64,000 nt of DNA from Candidatus Daviesbacteria bacterium (GTDB lineage: Bacteria > Patescibacteriota > Microgenomatia > Daviesbacterales > UBA10151): positions 446,211-510,210 of the forward strand of contig CP066688.1 of assembly GCA_016432425.1 (NCBI GenBank), written 5' to 3'. A program made the translations under genes and the position numbers. The notes below the pieces were generated by a model that had not been told where the DNA came from, searched no databases, and was given only the letters and a program-made list of their open reading frames with translations. Shown piece by piece: positions 9,457 through 18,541 of this stretch (positions are counted from its first letter, which is position 1; every line of letters starts with the position of its first letter).

Positions 9457-10109
9457 TGAATAAATGGGTAATTATTGGAATTACGGCCTTCCTGGTGAGT
9501 GTATTTTTCGTTTGGTTATTTAAAGAATCCTCGAAACCTTTACCGGGAGAGAAAACTTTGCAAGAGGGCAGGAAACATGTCCCGGAAAGCGAAATGAGTT
9601 TCCAATTTAACCCCCCCACCTCCGGAGATCATGATGCTGCCTGGATCACCAAAGGTTTCTACGACGAGCCCCGGTCAGACGGCAGTTTAGTTCACTCTCT
9701 GGAGCATGGTTATGTCATTGTCTGGTATGACTGCGAGAAAAAAGCTACAGGCTACAGGCAACAGGGCATAATCAAAACAGCCTTTGCTCATGAAGAGGCT
9801 ACCCCGGCTGCTACTGATAACTCTTCAGGGATGACCGGAGGTTCATCTGGCGTAGCTACTAAGCATTTTGAGGATATGCCCAAAAGTTTTTCCGATGGCT
9901 CTTGTGACAGCTTAAAAAATGAGCTTAAAACGCTTTCTGAAAATGACCGGCACAAGCTAATTATCATGCCCAGGATTAATATGGATAAAAGAATTGCCTT
10001 AACTGCCTGGGGCAGGACCCTGAAACTGGACAGGGTGGATAAACTTAAAATCAAACAATTTATTGATGCTTTTCGTGACAACGGCCCGGAAAAAACTGTT
10101 GAACCCTAA
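9456..10109 (+). CDS. DUF3105-like membrane-anchored protein
   Basis: N-terminal TM helix; PPTSGDH and HSLEHGYVIVWYD motifs typical of DUF3105, which often neighbours DsbA. Confidence 0.55.
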   Translation: MNKWVIIGITAFLVSVFFVWLFKESSKPLPGEKTLQEGRKHVPESEMSFQFNPPTSGDHDAAWITKGFYDEPRSDGSLVHSLEHGYVIVWYDCEKKATGYRQQGIIKTAFAHEEATPAATDNSSGMTGGSSGVATKHFEDMPKSFSDGSCDSLKNELKTLSENDRHKLIIMPRINMDKRIALTAWGRTLKLDRVDKLKIKQFIDAFRDNGPEKTVEP

Positions 10110-10111
10110 TT

Positions 10112-10882
10112 GTGGACACTATTTTAATCTACATTATTGTTTTTAGTTTTATTGGCAGTGTCCTTTCTCTAATTGGAGGAGTAATTCTCCTCACCAAAGA
10201 AAAATTTGCCTTAAAAATTTCCCATTTGCTCTCTGCTTTTGCCGGAGGGGCCCTTTTGGGGACGGCTTTTTTTGATCTGCTGCCGGAAGGGTTGGAACAG
10301 GCCCAGGAGCTGGGGTTAGAAGTGAATGTTTTTTTGTGGAGCTTGCTGGGGGTGCTAGTCTTTTTTCTATTAGAGAGGTTTATCCATCATCATGACCAAA
10401 ATGGCAACCCGGCCCATAAACAGACTTTAGTCCCTTTAATTGTGATTGGAGACAGTATCCATAATTTTATTGATGGAGTGGCCATGGCAGCCACTTTTTT
10501 AATTAGTATCCCTCTGGGAATTGTGACAGCCCTAGCCGTGGCCGCCCATGAAATTCCCCAAGAAATAGGGGATTTTGGCTTAATGTTGCACAAAGGAGTA
10601 GCCAGAAAAAAAGTATTACTGATTAATTTTTACTCTGCCCTGGCAGCGCTGCTGGGAGCAATTTTAACTTATTTAGCTAAAGACAAAATTGAAAATTTAT
10701 TGCCGGCAGTTTTAGGTTTGACAGCCGGTTTTTTTATCTATATTGCCGCTGCTAATTTGATTCCGGAAATTCATCATCAGGGCAACCAAAGGGCAGCCTT
10801 TTGGGAAACCATGGCTTTAATTTTGGGAGTAATAGTGGTGTATATGACTATCACCATTTTGGAGGTCCAAATTATTCATTAG
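10112..10882 (+). CDS. ZIP family metal (zinc) transporter
   Basis: HNFIDGVAMAA and AHEIPQEIGDF ZIP signature motifs with ~8 TM segments. Confidence 0.8.
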   Translation: MDTILIYIIVFSFIGSVLSLIGGVILLTKEKFALKISHLLSAFAGGALLGTAFFDLLPEGLEQAQELGLEVNVFLWSLLGVLVFFLLERFIHHHDQNGNPAHKQTLVPLIVIGDSIHNFIDGVAMAATFLISIPLGIVTALAVAAHEIPQEIGDFGLMLHKGVARKKVLLINFYSALAALLGAILTYLAKDKIENLLPAVLGLTAGFFIYIAAANLIPEIHHQGNQRAAFWETMALILGVIVVYMTITILEVQIIH

Positions 10883-10958
10883 CTAAATGGTATAATCTCT
10901 TTTAAATTATGCATAGTATAGAAGTAGCCCGTTGGCCATTAGAAGGATGGGTAGATAA

Positions 10959-11492
10959 ATGGTGACCCAAGTAATTTTGGTTACTGATGAATTTGGTAAT
11001 TTTACCGGTGAATATATTCCCAAGGAAGTTGGTCATAGCGGTGAAGGGAAAAGACACTTAGCAATTACAGTTTTGATTTATAACAACCGGGATCAAGTTC
11101 TACTTCAGCGAAGGAAACACCAAGTGTTTGATGATATCTGGGATATTACCGGAGCTACTCACCCTTTACATTTAACAAACAGAGATGAAACTGTAGCAGA
11201 AGCCACCCAGCGGTGTTTGAAAAGAGAATATAATATTGAGGGGGTAGCTCTTAAGAATTTAGGTTCTTTTAATTATTTTGCTAAATATGACAATCTTTGT
11301 GAAAATGAACACTGCTATCTTTTAGTAGGGGAATATAACGGTTTAGTTAAATTAAATCCGGAAGTAGGTTATGAGTATAAATGGATTCAAAAAGACGAAT
11401 TTTTACAAGATATTAAGATAAATCCTGATAAATACAGTGCTTGGGCTAAAGAAGCTGTCAAGATTCTAGAGAAAAATGGATTTTTCAATTAA
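10959..11492 (+). CDS. Nudix-fold protein, candidate type-1 isopentenyl-diphosphate isomerase
   Basis: The VLLQRRKHQVFDDIWDITGATHP pattern resembles the IDI-1 Nudix subfamily, and the gene leads an isoprenoid cluster. Confidence 0.45.
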   Translation: MVTQVILVTDEFGNFTGEYIPKEVGHSGEGKRHLAITVLIYNNRDQVLLQRRKHQVFDDIWDITGATHPLHLTNRDETVAEATQRCLKREYNIEGVALKNLGSFNYFAKYDNLCENEHCYLLVGEYNGLVKLNPEVGYEYKWIQKDEFLQDIKINPDKYSAWAKEAVKILEKNGFFN

Positions 11493-11513
11493 TTTGTATA
11501 TAATTAATGGGTC

Positions 11514-13322
11514 ATGCCCGAGTCAGAAGAGCAGTTAAACCTTCCTAAGCATTTGGTGCTCATCCCTGACGGCAACGGTCGTTGGGCCCGCAAACATAAT
11601 TTACCCATAGAGGCAGGACATTTTCAAGGGGCTCAAGCAATAAGGGAAATTCTGTATGAGTTACAAGATATGAATGTAGAGGTAGTGACAGTTTGGGGAT
11701 TCTCTACGGAAAATTGGTCCAGATCTCCTGAGGAATCCGCCAATATCATGGGAGTGATGCGAAATTTAATTCAAATAGAAGGAGAACGATTAGCTGAAAA
11801 AGGAATTAAATTTAGGTATATTGGTAGAAGAGATAGAGTTCCTCAGGATCTGTTGCTAGAGATCATAAATCTAGAAGAGAAAACTGTCACTAATCAAGGG
11901 AAAACTTTTGTGCTGGCGCTTGATTATGGAGGTCGGGATGAAATTATTCGTGCCGTCAATAAAGTTGGGGGACAGCCAGTTGATGAAAATAGCTTTAAGG
12001 AATTTTTAGATACTGCCGGTTTGCCAGACCCGGATTTAATTATTAGAACTTCTGGTGAGATGAGAACTTCGGGAATACTGCCTTATCAAAGCGTTTATGC
12101 AGAATTTGTCTCATCTCCGGCTCTGCTGCCAGATTTTAATAAAAATGAGCTCTTGAAATGCTTAAATGAATACTCTCGGAGACAAAGAAGATTTGGCCAC
12201 AGGCCAGACAGTACCATCAGAGCGACCTTTAGTTGGTTAAATCTGCCAGAAAATAGTTTGGATGGTTTTATGGGAGCACTTCTGCCAGTGCTGGATCAGA
12301 CAGCAAATAAATTTGTCGAGCAGTGGCGACAGGGTAGATTTTATAAAAATTCTCCGGCACAGGAGGATATCGATATCTTCCAGAAATTGTTATCTGGTGG
12401 GAAAAAATTAAGACCGGCTCTAGTGGCCTTGGGGTATGAAAATTTTAGAGGGGAGGAGGAATTTCTAGAGGGTATGTTAACTGCCGCGATCAGTTATGAG
12501 ATTATACATAACTCTTTTTTGATTCATGATGATATTATGGATAACTCCTTAATACGGCGTGGTCAACCATCGGTTCATGATCAGTATCGGGCCTTGCATG
12601 AAAATCAAGGTGGGGTTTTAGATTCCACTCAGTACGGTATCGCGGCCGCCATAAATGCCGGAGATCTAGGTCCATTTAGAGCCCTGAAGGCTGTCTGTGA
12701 GATTGAGAATAAACCGGACAGAATAGTAAAAGCAGAGCAATGGTTAAGATATGTGATTGAGACAACACTGCAAGGTCAAAGGAGAGATTTAACAGAGATT
12801 CCGTTGGATCAGTTAACGGAAAAATATGTTTATCAGATTCATCATCAAAAAACAGCCGTTTATAGTGTGGTGGGGCCTTTAACTTTAGGGGCAATTTTAG
12901 CCGGAGCTTCGGAAAAAGAATTAGCCTATTTAAACACTTTTGGGGTGAGTCTGGGAATTGCTTTTCAAATAATTGACGATCATTTAGGCCTTTATGGGGA
13001 CGAGAGAGTTTTGGGTAAATCGGTAGTTTCTGATACCAAGGAAGCTAAAAAAACTTTGCAGTTTACCCAGGCTTATCGTTTGGCAACTTCGCAGCAGAGA
13101 CAATTCTTAAAAGAGGTTTGGGGGAAACAAGATATTACCATAGATGAGCTAGCTCAGGTCAGACAATTAATAGAAGAACTGGGGGTGAAAGAAGTAGTGT
13201 TACAAAGGGCAGATTTACTAGCCCAGCGAGCTAAAAATGTGATCCCTCAAATAACTAGTGACCAAACCATGAGTGATATTTTAGAGGAACTAACAACTTT
13301 TGTAGTTAAAAGGGATTTTTAA
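11514..13322 (+). CDS. Fusion protein: N-terminal cis-prenyltransferase (UPP synthase-like) + C-terminal trans-polyprenyl diphosphate synthase
   Basis: N-terminus has the UppS LVLIPDGNGRWARKHN motif. C-terminal ~370 aa carries both trans-IPPS aspartate-rich motifs, FLIHDDIMDNS and FQIIDDHLGLYGDE. Single 602-aa ORF. Confidence 0.8.
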   Translation: MPESEEQLNLPKHLVLIPDGNGRWARKHNLPIEAGHFQGAQAIREILYELQDMNVEVVTVWGFSTENWSRSPEESANIMGVMRNLIQIEGERLAEKGIKFRYIGRRDRVPQDLLLEIINLEEKTVTNQGKTFVLALDYGGRDEIIRAVNKVGGQPVDENSFKEFLDTAGLPDPDLIIRTSGEMRTSGILPYQSVYAEFVSSPALLPDFNKNELLKCLNEYSRRQRRFGHRPDSTIRATFSWLNLPENSLDGFMGALLPVLDQTANKFVEQWRQGRFYKNSPAQEDIDIFQKLLSGGKKLRPALVALGYENFRGEEEFLEGMLTAAISYEIIHNSFLIHDDIMDNSLIRRGQPSVHDQYRALHENQGGVLDSTQYGIAAAINAGDLGPFRALKAVCEIENKPDRIVKAEQWLRYVIETTLQGQRRDLTEIPLDQLTEKYVYQIHHQKTAVYSVVGPLTLGAILAGASEKELAYLNTFGVSLGIAFQIIDDHLGLYGDERVLGKSVVSDTKEAKKTLQFTQAYRLATSQQRQFLKEVWGKQDITIDELAQVRQLIEELGVKEVVLQRADLLAQRAKNVIPQITSDQTMSDILEELTTFVVKRDF

Positions 13323-13368
13323 AAACGCGAGAAGCACTTTATTTAAAATTTTATGAGATAATTACCCT

Positions 13369-14085
13369 ATGTTTCATAATACTCATGTCTATATTGCTTC
13401 TAAATTGTATAATTCTGCAGACGAGCTATTGCTTGTAGGAAGTATTCTGCCGGATTTAGCAGTAACAGGAATTATTCAATGGGAGGGTGGCTTACATGGA
13501 AAAGAAAGTGTGAAAAGTTTTTTTCAGTTTATTCAAGGAAATTCGACCTATCTCAATCTATATAAAGGCGTATATGCTCATAATATTTTAGACGATTTTA
13601 CCCACCAAAATTACCAAGGAGAACCAGGGTTTGCCTATCAAAATAATAAAGAGCTCGTCCAGTTAGTTAAGAGATTTTACGATTTAGATGATAAAGGTGC
13701 CGCAGGAAAAGCTCACAACTATATCGAGAGCGGAGTGGATATCTTATTACTTAAAGAGCATCCAGAAGTGCAAAATCAGTTTCGAAAGGCAATTAACCAG
13801 GTAGATAAACCACAATTAGCTTATCTGCTGAGCGCTTATTTTAAAGTAGATGAAGCTAAATTTTTAGTAGCAATACTTCAGTTTTTTGAATTGTTTACTA
13901 AATATGATTTTAGCAAACAAGAAAATTGGGTTTTATTTTGGCAGGATTTGGAAAAACTACTTGTTTTAAAAGATATTGGAGATAAAAATAGAAAAGTATT
14001 AATTGATAAATCCTTAGAAATAGTTAAAAATACTTACCAAGATTTTCTAAATTACTCTCTAACAGAGGGGGTAAAACAAGTTTAG
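13369..14085 (+). CDS. Hypothetical protein
   Basis: 238-aa ORF inside the isoprenoid cluster with no recognisable motif. Confidence 0.35.
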   Translation: MFHNTHVYIASKLYNSADELLLVGSILPDLAVTGIIQWEGGLHGKESVKSFFQFIQGNSTYLNLYKGVYAHNILDDFTHQNYQGEPGFAYQNNKELVQLVKRFYDLDDKGAAGKAHNYIESGVDILLLKEHPEVQNQFRKAINQVDKPQLAYLLSAYFKVDEAKFLVAILQFFELFTKYDFSKQENWVLFWQDLEKLLVLKDIGDKNRKVLIDKSLEIVKNTYQDFLNYSLTEGVKQV

Positions 14086-14123
14086 TTGCAATCAGAGCTG
14101 ATTATTAGTAAAATGCTATTCGA

Positions 14124-15101
14124 ATGGTAGAACAGAACGATTGGTTAGTTATACCTTTTTACAGTGATCCAACTTCAGGTAGTTATGAAACTGCGGTAAG
14201 TAAGTTTGGAGATTTTTTAGTTAGATCTAAAGAAACCATTGGTTTAAACTTAGCAGTAATTGATGATGGTTCCAACCTTACTTTGGAAAAACTTAGACAT
14301 ACTCCTGATTTTTTAGTCACTCTTCCAAAAAATAAAGGTAAGTCTCATGCGATGAGGGAGGGTTTAAGAGCTCTTCTGAAGCAGAATCCGGGTTTTATAG
14401 TTCAATATGATGGTGATGGTGATCAATCATATGTAGATATTCCGGTTGTTTATAACCGCCTGATCGCTTTTTCAGGAGGTAACCCTGATGCACCGGTTTT
14501 AGTAATCGGAGATCGATATTCTGAGGACTTAACTATCCCACCCAATCCGGAATCAGTTGTCTATAGACAGACTATTTTAATGTTTTTTGGTGCTTTAGCC
14601 AAACACTTAGGCTTTGATGATGTTCGTGACTGGGTGTCCGGAGCTAGAGGTTACAGTCGAGAATACGCTAAAAGATTTCTCAGTCAGAGTAAATCCAGCC
14701 GTTATGGATTAGAATCAGAACAGTTAGTGGTAGCTAGTCTAACAGGAGCCAAAGTAACTACCGCTCCTTTAACACAGTCCCGCCCCCGGGATCCCGACAC
14801 TTTAACTTCTAAATGGTTGCAAAATTTTGAAGTCTATTCGGACCATGAACAAGCTTTACGGGAACAAGGTAAGGGTGTGATGGTCGATTTAGTTTATTCT
14901 TTGGTAGATAGTTTAAAGAAAGAAATAGATGAGTTTGATCTTCCATTGGATCCAATCGGAGAAAAAACTACAGTGCATTTTACTCGAAGAGGTGATCGCT
15001 ATGCGGCAGAGATACCACTAGAATATAGGGCTAGGTTGTTTATGGTAGAAGATAAATTCCCTTTTACTATTAGAAAGTCTTCCATCCCTACATCTGTCTA
15101 A
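14124..15101 (+). CDS. Glycosyltransferase family 2-like protein
   Basis: LAVIDDGSN...KNKGKSHAM...QYDGDGDQ, a GT-A fold DxD-type pattern. Confidence 0.5.
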   Translation: MVEQNDWLVIPFYSDPTSGSYETAVSKFGDFLVRSKETIGLNLAVIDDGSNLTLEKLRHTPDFLVTLPKNKGKSHAMREGLRALLKQNPGFIVQYDGDGDQSYVDIPVVYNRLIAFSGGNPDAPVLVIGDRYSEDLTIPPNPESVVYRQTILMFFGALAKHLGFDDVRDWVSGARGYSREYAKRFLSQSKSSRYGLESEQLVVASLTGAKVTTAPLTQSRPRDPDTLTSKWLQNFEVYSDHEQALREQGKGVMVDLVYSLVDSLKKEIDEFDLPLDPIGEKTTVHFTRRGDRYAAEIPLEYRARLFMVEDKFPFTIRKSSIPTSV

Positions 15102-15103
15102 TT

Positions 15104-15913
15104 ATGCCAGAAGATAAAGATGTCATTTTAATCAAGCTTGGGGGAAGTGTGGTGACTGTTAAAGACAGCTCTAATCCTGCTCCGCAACTACAGAATATTG
15201 ATCAATTGGCTAAGGAACTTCACCGGGCCCGAAAAAAAACTGGAGTGAAAATGATATTAGGTCACGGGGCGGGTTCTTATGGTCATCCTCAGGCTGCTAA
15301 ATATCACACCATGGAAGGAGTAGTGGATGAGAACAGTTTAATTGGAGCCTCAGAGGTGAGATTATCTGTGGTTGAGTTAAACTCCATAATTACAAAAAGA
15401 CTATTATCAGCAGGAGAGCCAGTAGTGAGTCTGCCTCCGGCCGCCCTCCTAACTAGTGCTGATGGCTCAGTAGTTAGTATATTTCCTAATCCCGTAGTTA
15501 ACTTCCTCAAAATTGGTATGTTGCCAGTTATATTTGGTGATGTAATTTCTGATGAGAAGAAGGGTTTTACAATCTTCTCCGGTGAACAAGTGCTCAATTT
15601 ATTAGCCAGTAACTTAGCAAAATTTGGCTTAAATCCTAAATTTGTCATTGAGGTTGGGGAAACAGCCGGAGTATATGGTGATTTAAGTAAGAAAGATACA
15701 ATCCCTTTAATTAATAAAGATAATTTTGCCGAGATTGAAGATAAATTAGGTGGTTCAGCTAGTACTGATGTCACAGGTGGAATGGCGCATAAGGTTAAAG
15801 AAGCTTATCAGTTAGCTCAAAATGGTATTCCGACCCTACTTATATCTGCAGATGAAGGTAATTTATATAAAGCCATCTTAGGTCAATCCGTAATAGGGAC
15901 TTGGATCAGATAA
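15104..15913 (+). CDS. Isopentenyl phosphate kinase (amino-acid-kinase family)
   Basis: ILIKLGGSVVT and GHGAGSYGH motifs of the IPK/amino-acid-kinase fold, in isoprenoid context. Confidence 0.6.
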   Translation: MPEDKDVILIKLGGSVVTVKDSSNPAPQLQNIDQLAKELHRARKKTGVKMILGHGAGSYGHPQAAKYHTMEGVVDENSLIGASEVRLSVVELNSIITKRLLSAGEPVVSLPPAALLTSADGSVVSIFPNPVVNFLKIGMLPVIFGDVISDEKKGFTIFSGEQVLNLLASNLAKFGLNPKFVIEVGETAGVYGDLSKKDTIPLINKDNFAEIEDKLGGSASTDVTGGMAHKVKEAYQLAQNGIPTLLISADEGNLYKAILGQSVIGTWIR

Positions 15914-16011
15914 ATTAATTTTGGGAGTTGCTGGATATTCTACTCACTTCTGTGAAACTCTGAATAACTAAATTGGATTATACCAAAAATTTGTGGTAAA
16001 TTTGAGCTTAC

Positions 16012-17046
16012 ATGGACTTTACAAGTTATTTAAAGGAAGCTGCGGGGGAGATAAATTCTTATTTAATCTCGTTTTTTAATAATTGGTTAGCAGAAGTTAC
16101 AGATATTAGCCCCACGCTTTTGCCTCTGGCAAAAACTCTCTCAGATAACTGTGGTGGGGGAAAAATGTTACGCGGGAGTTTAGTTAAATTGGGATATGAA
16201 CTGGCTGGGGGAAAAAATTTAACAGAGATCTTAAAACCAGCTGTGGCCGTGGAGATTTTTCAAACCGCCATCTTGGCTCACGATGACATTATTGATCAAA
16301 GTCCGCTGCGCCGGGGCAAACCCACTATCTATAAACAACTGGGTGGGGATCATTATGGCATCTCTCAAACAATAGCTTTGGCTGATATTGGCTTTTTCTT
16401 AAGCGTTAAACTCATTGCTGAGTCTAACTTTGACAAAGATAAAAAGAACAAAGCTCTCTCTCATTTTGCTCAAACTGTCATTAATACCGGTTTGGGGGAG
16501 GTTTTAGATGTAGAGTTGCCTCATATTAAAGAAGATAGAGTAGATAAAGATGTTATTACTATCCATAAGCTAAAAACTTCTTATTACACGATTATTGATC
16601 CCCTAACTTTAGGAGCTATTTTAGGAGGAGCGCAGGAGGAAACTCTTAAAGTCATTGCCAAATTTGGAGAAAATTTGGGCATTGCTTTTCAGATTACTGA
16701 TGATATTTTGGGAGTGTTTGGGGATGAAAAGACTCTGGGGAAATCTGTTACCTCTGATATTGAAGAAGGGAAAAATACACTGTTGATTACTTATGCGCTG
16801 CAACAGGCCACAGGAGCTCAAAAGCAGGTGCTGGATAGGTATTATGGCCAGGGTAAGATTGGAGAAAAAGAGTTGGAAATAGTGCGGGCAGTCTTTAAAG
16901 AAACCGGTTCATTGGACAACTCTAGACAAGAAGCGTTAAAATATGTCACACAGGCTAAAGCGGTTATTCCCAAAATAACCCAGGAGTCAAAATATAGCCA
17001 GTTACTGTCACAAATGGCTGATTTTTTAGTTGAAAGAGACAGATGA
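16012..17046 (+). CDS. trans-Polyprenyl diphosphate synthase (GGPP/FPP synthase family)
   Basis: Two aspartate-rich motifs, ILAHDDIIDQS and FQITDDILGVFGDE. Confidence 0.85.
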   Translation: MDFTSYLKEAAGEINSYLISFFNNWLAEVTDISPTLLPLAKTLSDNCGGGKMLRGSLVKLGYELAGGKNLTEILKPAVAVEIFQTAILAHDDIIDQSPLRRGKPTIYKQLGGDHYGISQTIALADIGFFLSVKLIAESNFDKDKKNKALSHFAQTVINTGLGEVLDVELPHIKEDRVDKDVITIHKLKTSYYTIIDPLTLGAILGGAQEETLKVIAKFGENLGIAFQITDDILGVFGDEKTLGKSVTSDIEEGKNTLLITYALQQATGAQKQVLDRYYGQGKIGEKELEIVRAVFKETGSLDNSRQEALKYVTQAKAVIPKITQESKYSQLLSQMADFLVERDR

Positions 17047-17477
17047 TGGTATTTACTAACGTGCTAACCATTAAAAGTAAAAATCCGGCAGTTAAGATGA
17101 TGGACATTACCAAAAAAGTAGAAAGGGAAGTGGTTAAATCCAAAGTAACAGATGGCCAGGTACTGGTTTTTGCCCGCCACACCACTGCCGCGGTGATCCT
17201 GCAGGAAAATGAGCCGGGAATTGGTCAGGATTTACACAATATTCTTTGTGGAATTGCCCCCCAAGAAGGTGACTGGCACCACGATCGTTCATCTGACCAC
17301 CTAAAAGATAAAATGCCTAATGGCCATTCCCATGCCCAGCATGTATTTTTAGGTTCTTCCGAAATAATTCCTCTTTGCCAAGGCAAGATGCTACTAGGAA
17401 CATATCAAAAAATCTTTTTAGTAGAGCTAGATCGAACCAGAATGAGGGATATAGTTGTTCAGGTGACTGGCGAATGA
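17043..17477 (+). CDS. YjbQ/UPF0047 family protein
   Basis: ARHTTAAVILQENEPG ... HSHAQHVFLGSS ... GTYQKIFLVELD matches the YjbQ family. Confidence 0.7.
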   Translation: MMVFTNVLTIKSKNPAVKMMDITKKVEREVVKSKVTDGQVLVFARHTTAAVILQENEPGIGQDLHNILCGIAPQEGDWHHDRSSDHLKDKMPNGHSHAQHVFLGSSEIIPLCQGKMLLGTYQKIFLVELDRTRMRDIVVQVTGE

Positions 17478-17484
17478 AATCGAA

Positions 17485-18210
17485 GTGTCGAAGGATCTTA
17501 TGAAATCAAATGGCTTAGATTATAAAAATATTCCTGCCCATATTGCCATTATCATGGATGGTAACAGGCGTTGGGCTAGGCTGCGTGGCTTGCCTGATCT
17601 TAAAGGCCACGAAAAAGGTGCAGATACCTTAGAAGAAATTGTGGAAGCGGCAGAAAAGCTGGGGATTAAAACTATTACTGTTTATGCCCTCTCGACGGAA
17701 AATATTAAAGAGCGGGCCAAAAGGGAAATCCTGGGTCTTTTTAACCTGATGCGCTCCGGCTATAATACCAAGCTTAAAAAGATGATCAAAAACGGAGTGA
17801 AAGTGGCAGTTTTAGGGCAGGAACAGGGATTACCGGCTGTGATTAAAAAAATTATTAATGAAATCCGCCGTACTTATATTAAAAATGAGTCCATTAAGCT
17901 CAATATTGCCTTAAATTACGGGGGGAAAAAAGAGCTGGTGGATGCCATTAAAGATATAGTTAAGTCCGGGGTGGAAGTAGGCCGGATTAATGAAGAGATT
18001 ATCTCCAAGCATTTATATACTAATGGCCAATCTGATCCGGAGCTGGTGATCAGAACCGGAGGCAGAATGAGGCTGTCTAACTTTTTGCTGTGGCAGACAG
18101 CCTATTCTGAACTGTATTTTACTAATAAACTCTGGCCGGATTTTGATGGCAGTGAGTTAAAAAAGGCTATTATCTGGTACCAAAACCAAAAAAGAAATTT
18201 TGGCAAATGA
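17485..18210 (+). CDS. uppS: Undecaprenyl diphosphate synthase (di-trans,poly-cis-prenyltransferase)
   Basis: HIAIIMDGNRRWA and the conserved UppS core; 241 aa. Confidence 0.9.
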   Translation: MSKDLMKSNGLDYKNIPAHIAIIMDGNRRWARLRGLPDLKGHEKGADTLEEIVEAAEKLGIKTITVYALSTENIKERAKREILGLFNLMRSGYNTKLKKMIKNGVKVAVLGQEQGLPAVIKKIINEIRRTYIKNESIKLNIALNYGGKKELVDAIKDIVKSGVEVGRINEEIISKHLYTNGQSDPELVIRTGGRMRLSNFLLWQTAYSELYFTNKLWPDFDGSELKKAIIWYQNQKRNFGK

Positions 18211-18228
18211 ATATGGTAAAATGAATAT

Positions 18229-18429
18229 ATGCCTTTCATTTGGGATTATGATATCAATGAGCTGAAAAAAACTAAATCAGGTAGGTTGTTGATTTTAGAG
18301 AGAATGATAAATTATGGCCCAGATAAGGGTGAGAAGATTAGCCTGTCTGAGGTTAAGAAAAATTGGAAGAAGTTACATCTGGATCCTTTAAAAAAAAGAC
18401 TTATGGAACTTCTAATATGGGGAAGATAA
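18229..18429 (+). CDS. Small hypothetical protein
   Basis: 66-aa lysine-rich ORF with no motif. Confidence 0.25.
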   Translation: MPFIWDYDINELKKTKSGRLLILERMINYGPDKGEKISLSEVKKNWKKLHLDPLKKRLMELLIWGR

Positions 18430-18541
18430 TTCTTACACCGAAGCAACAGATTATCTTTAATGAGTTTAAACAGAGTGATTTTTTAAAACATAATTTGCCT
18501 ACCTAATCCACCCCCCAGGTGTCCTTATCTTACTGAGTAAA

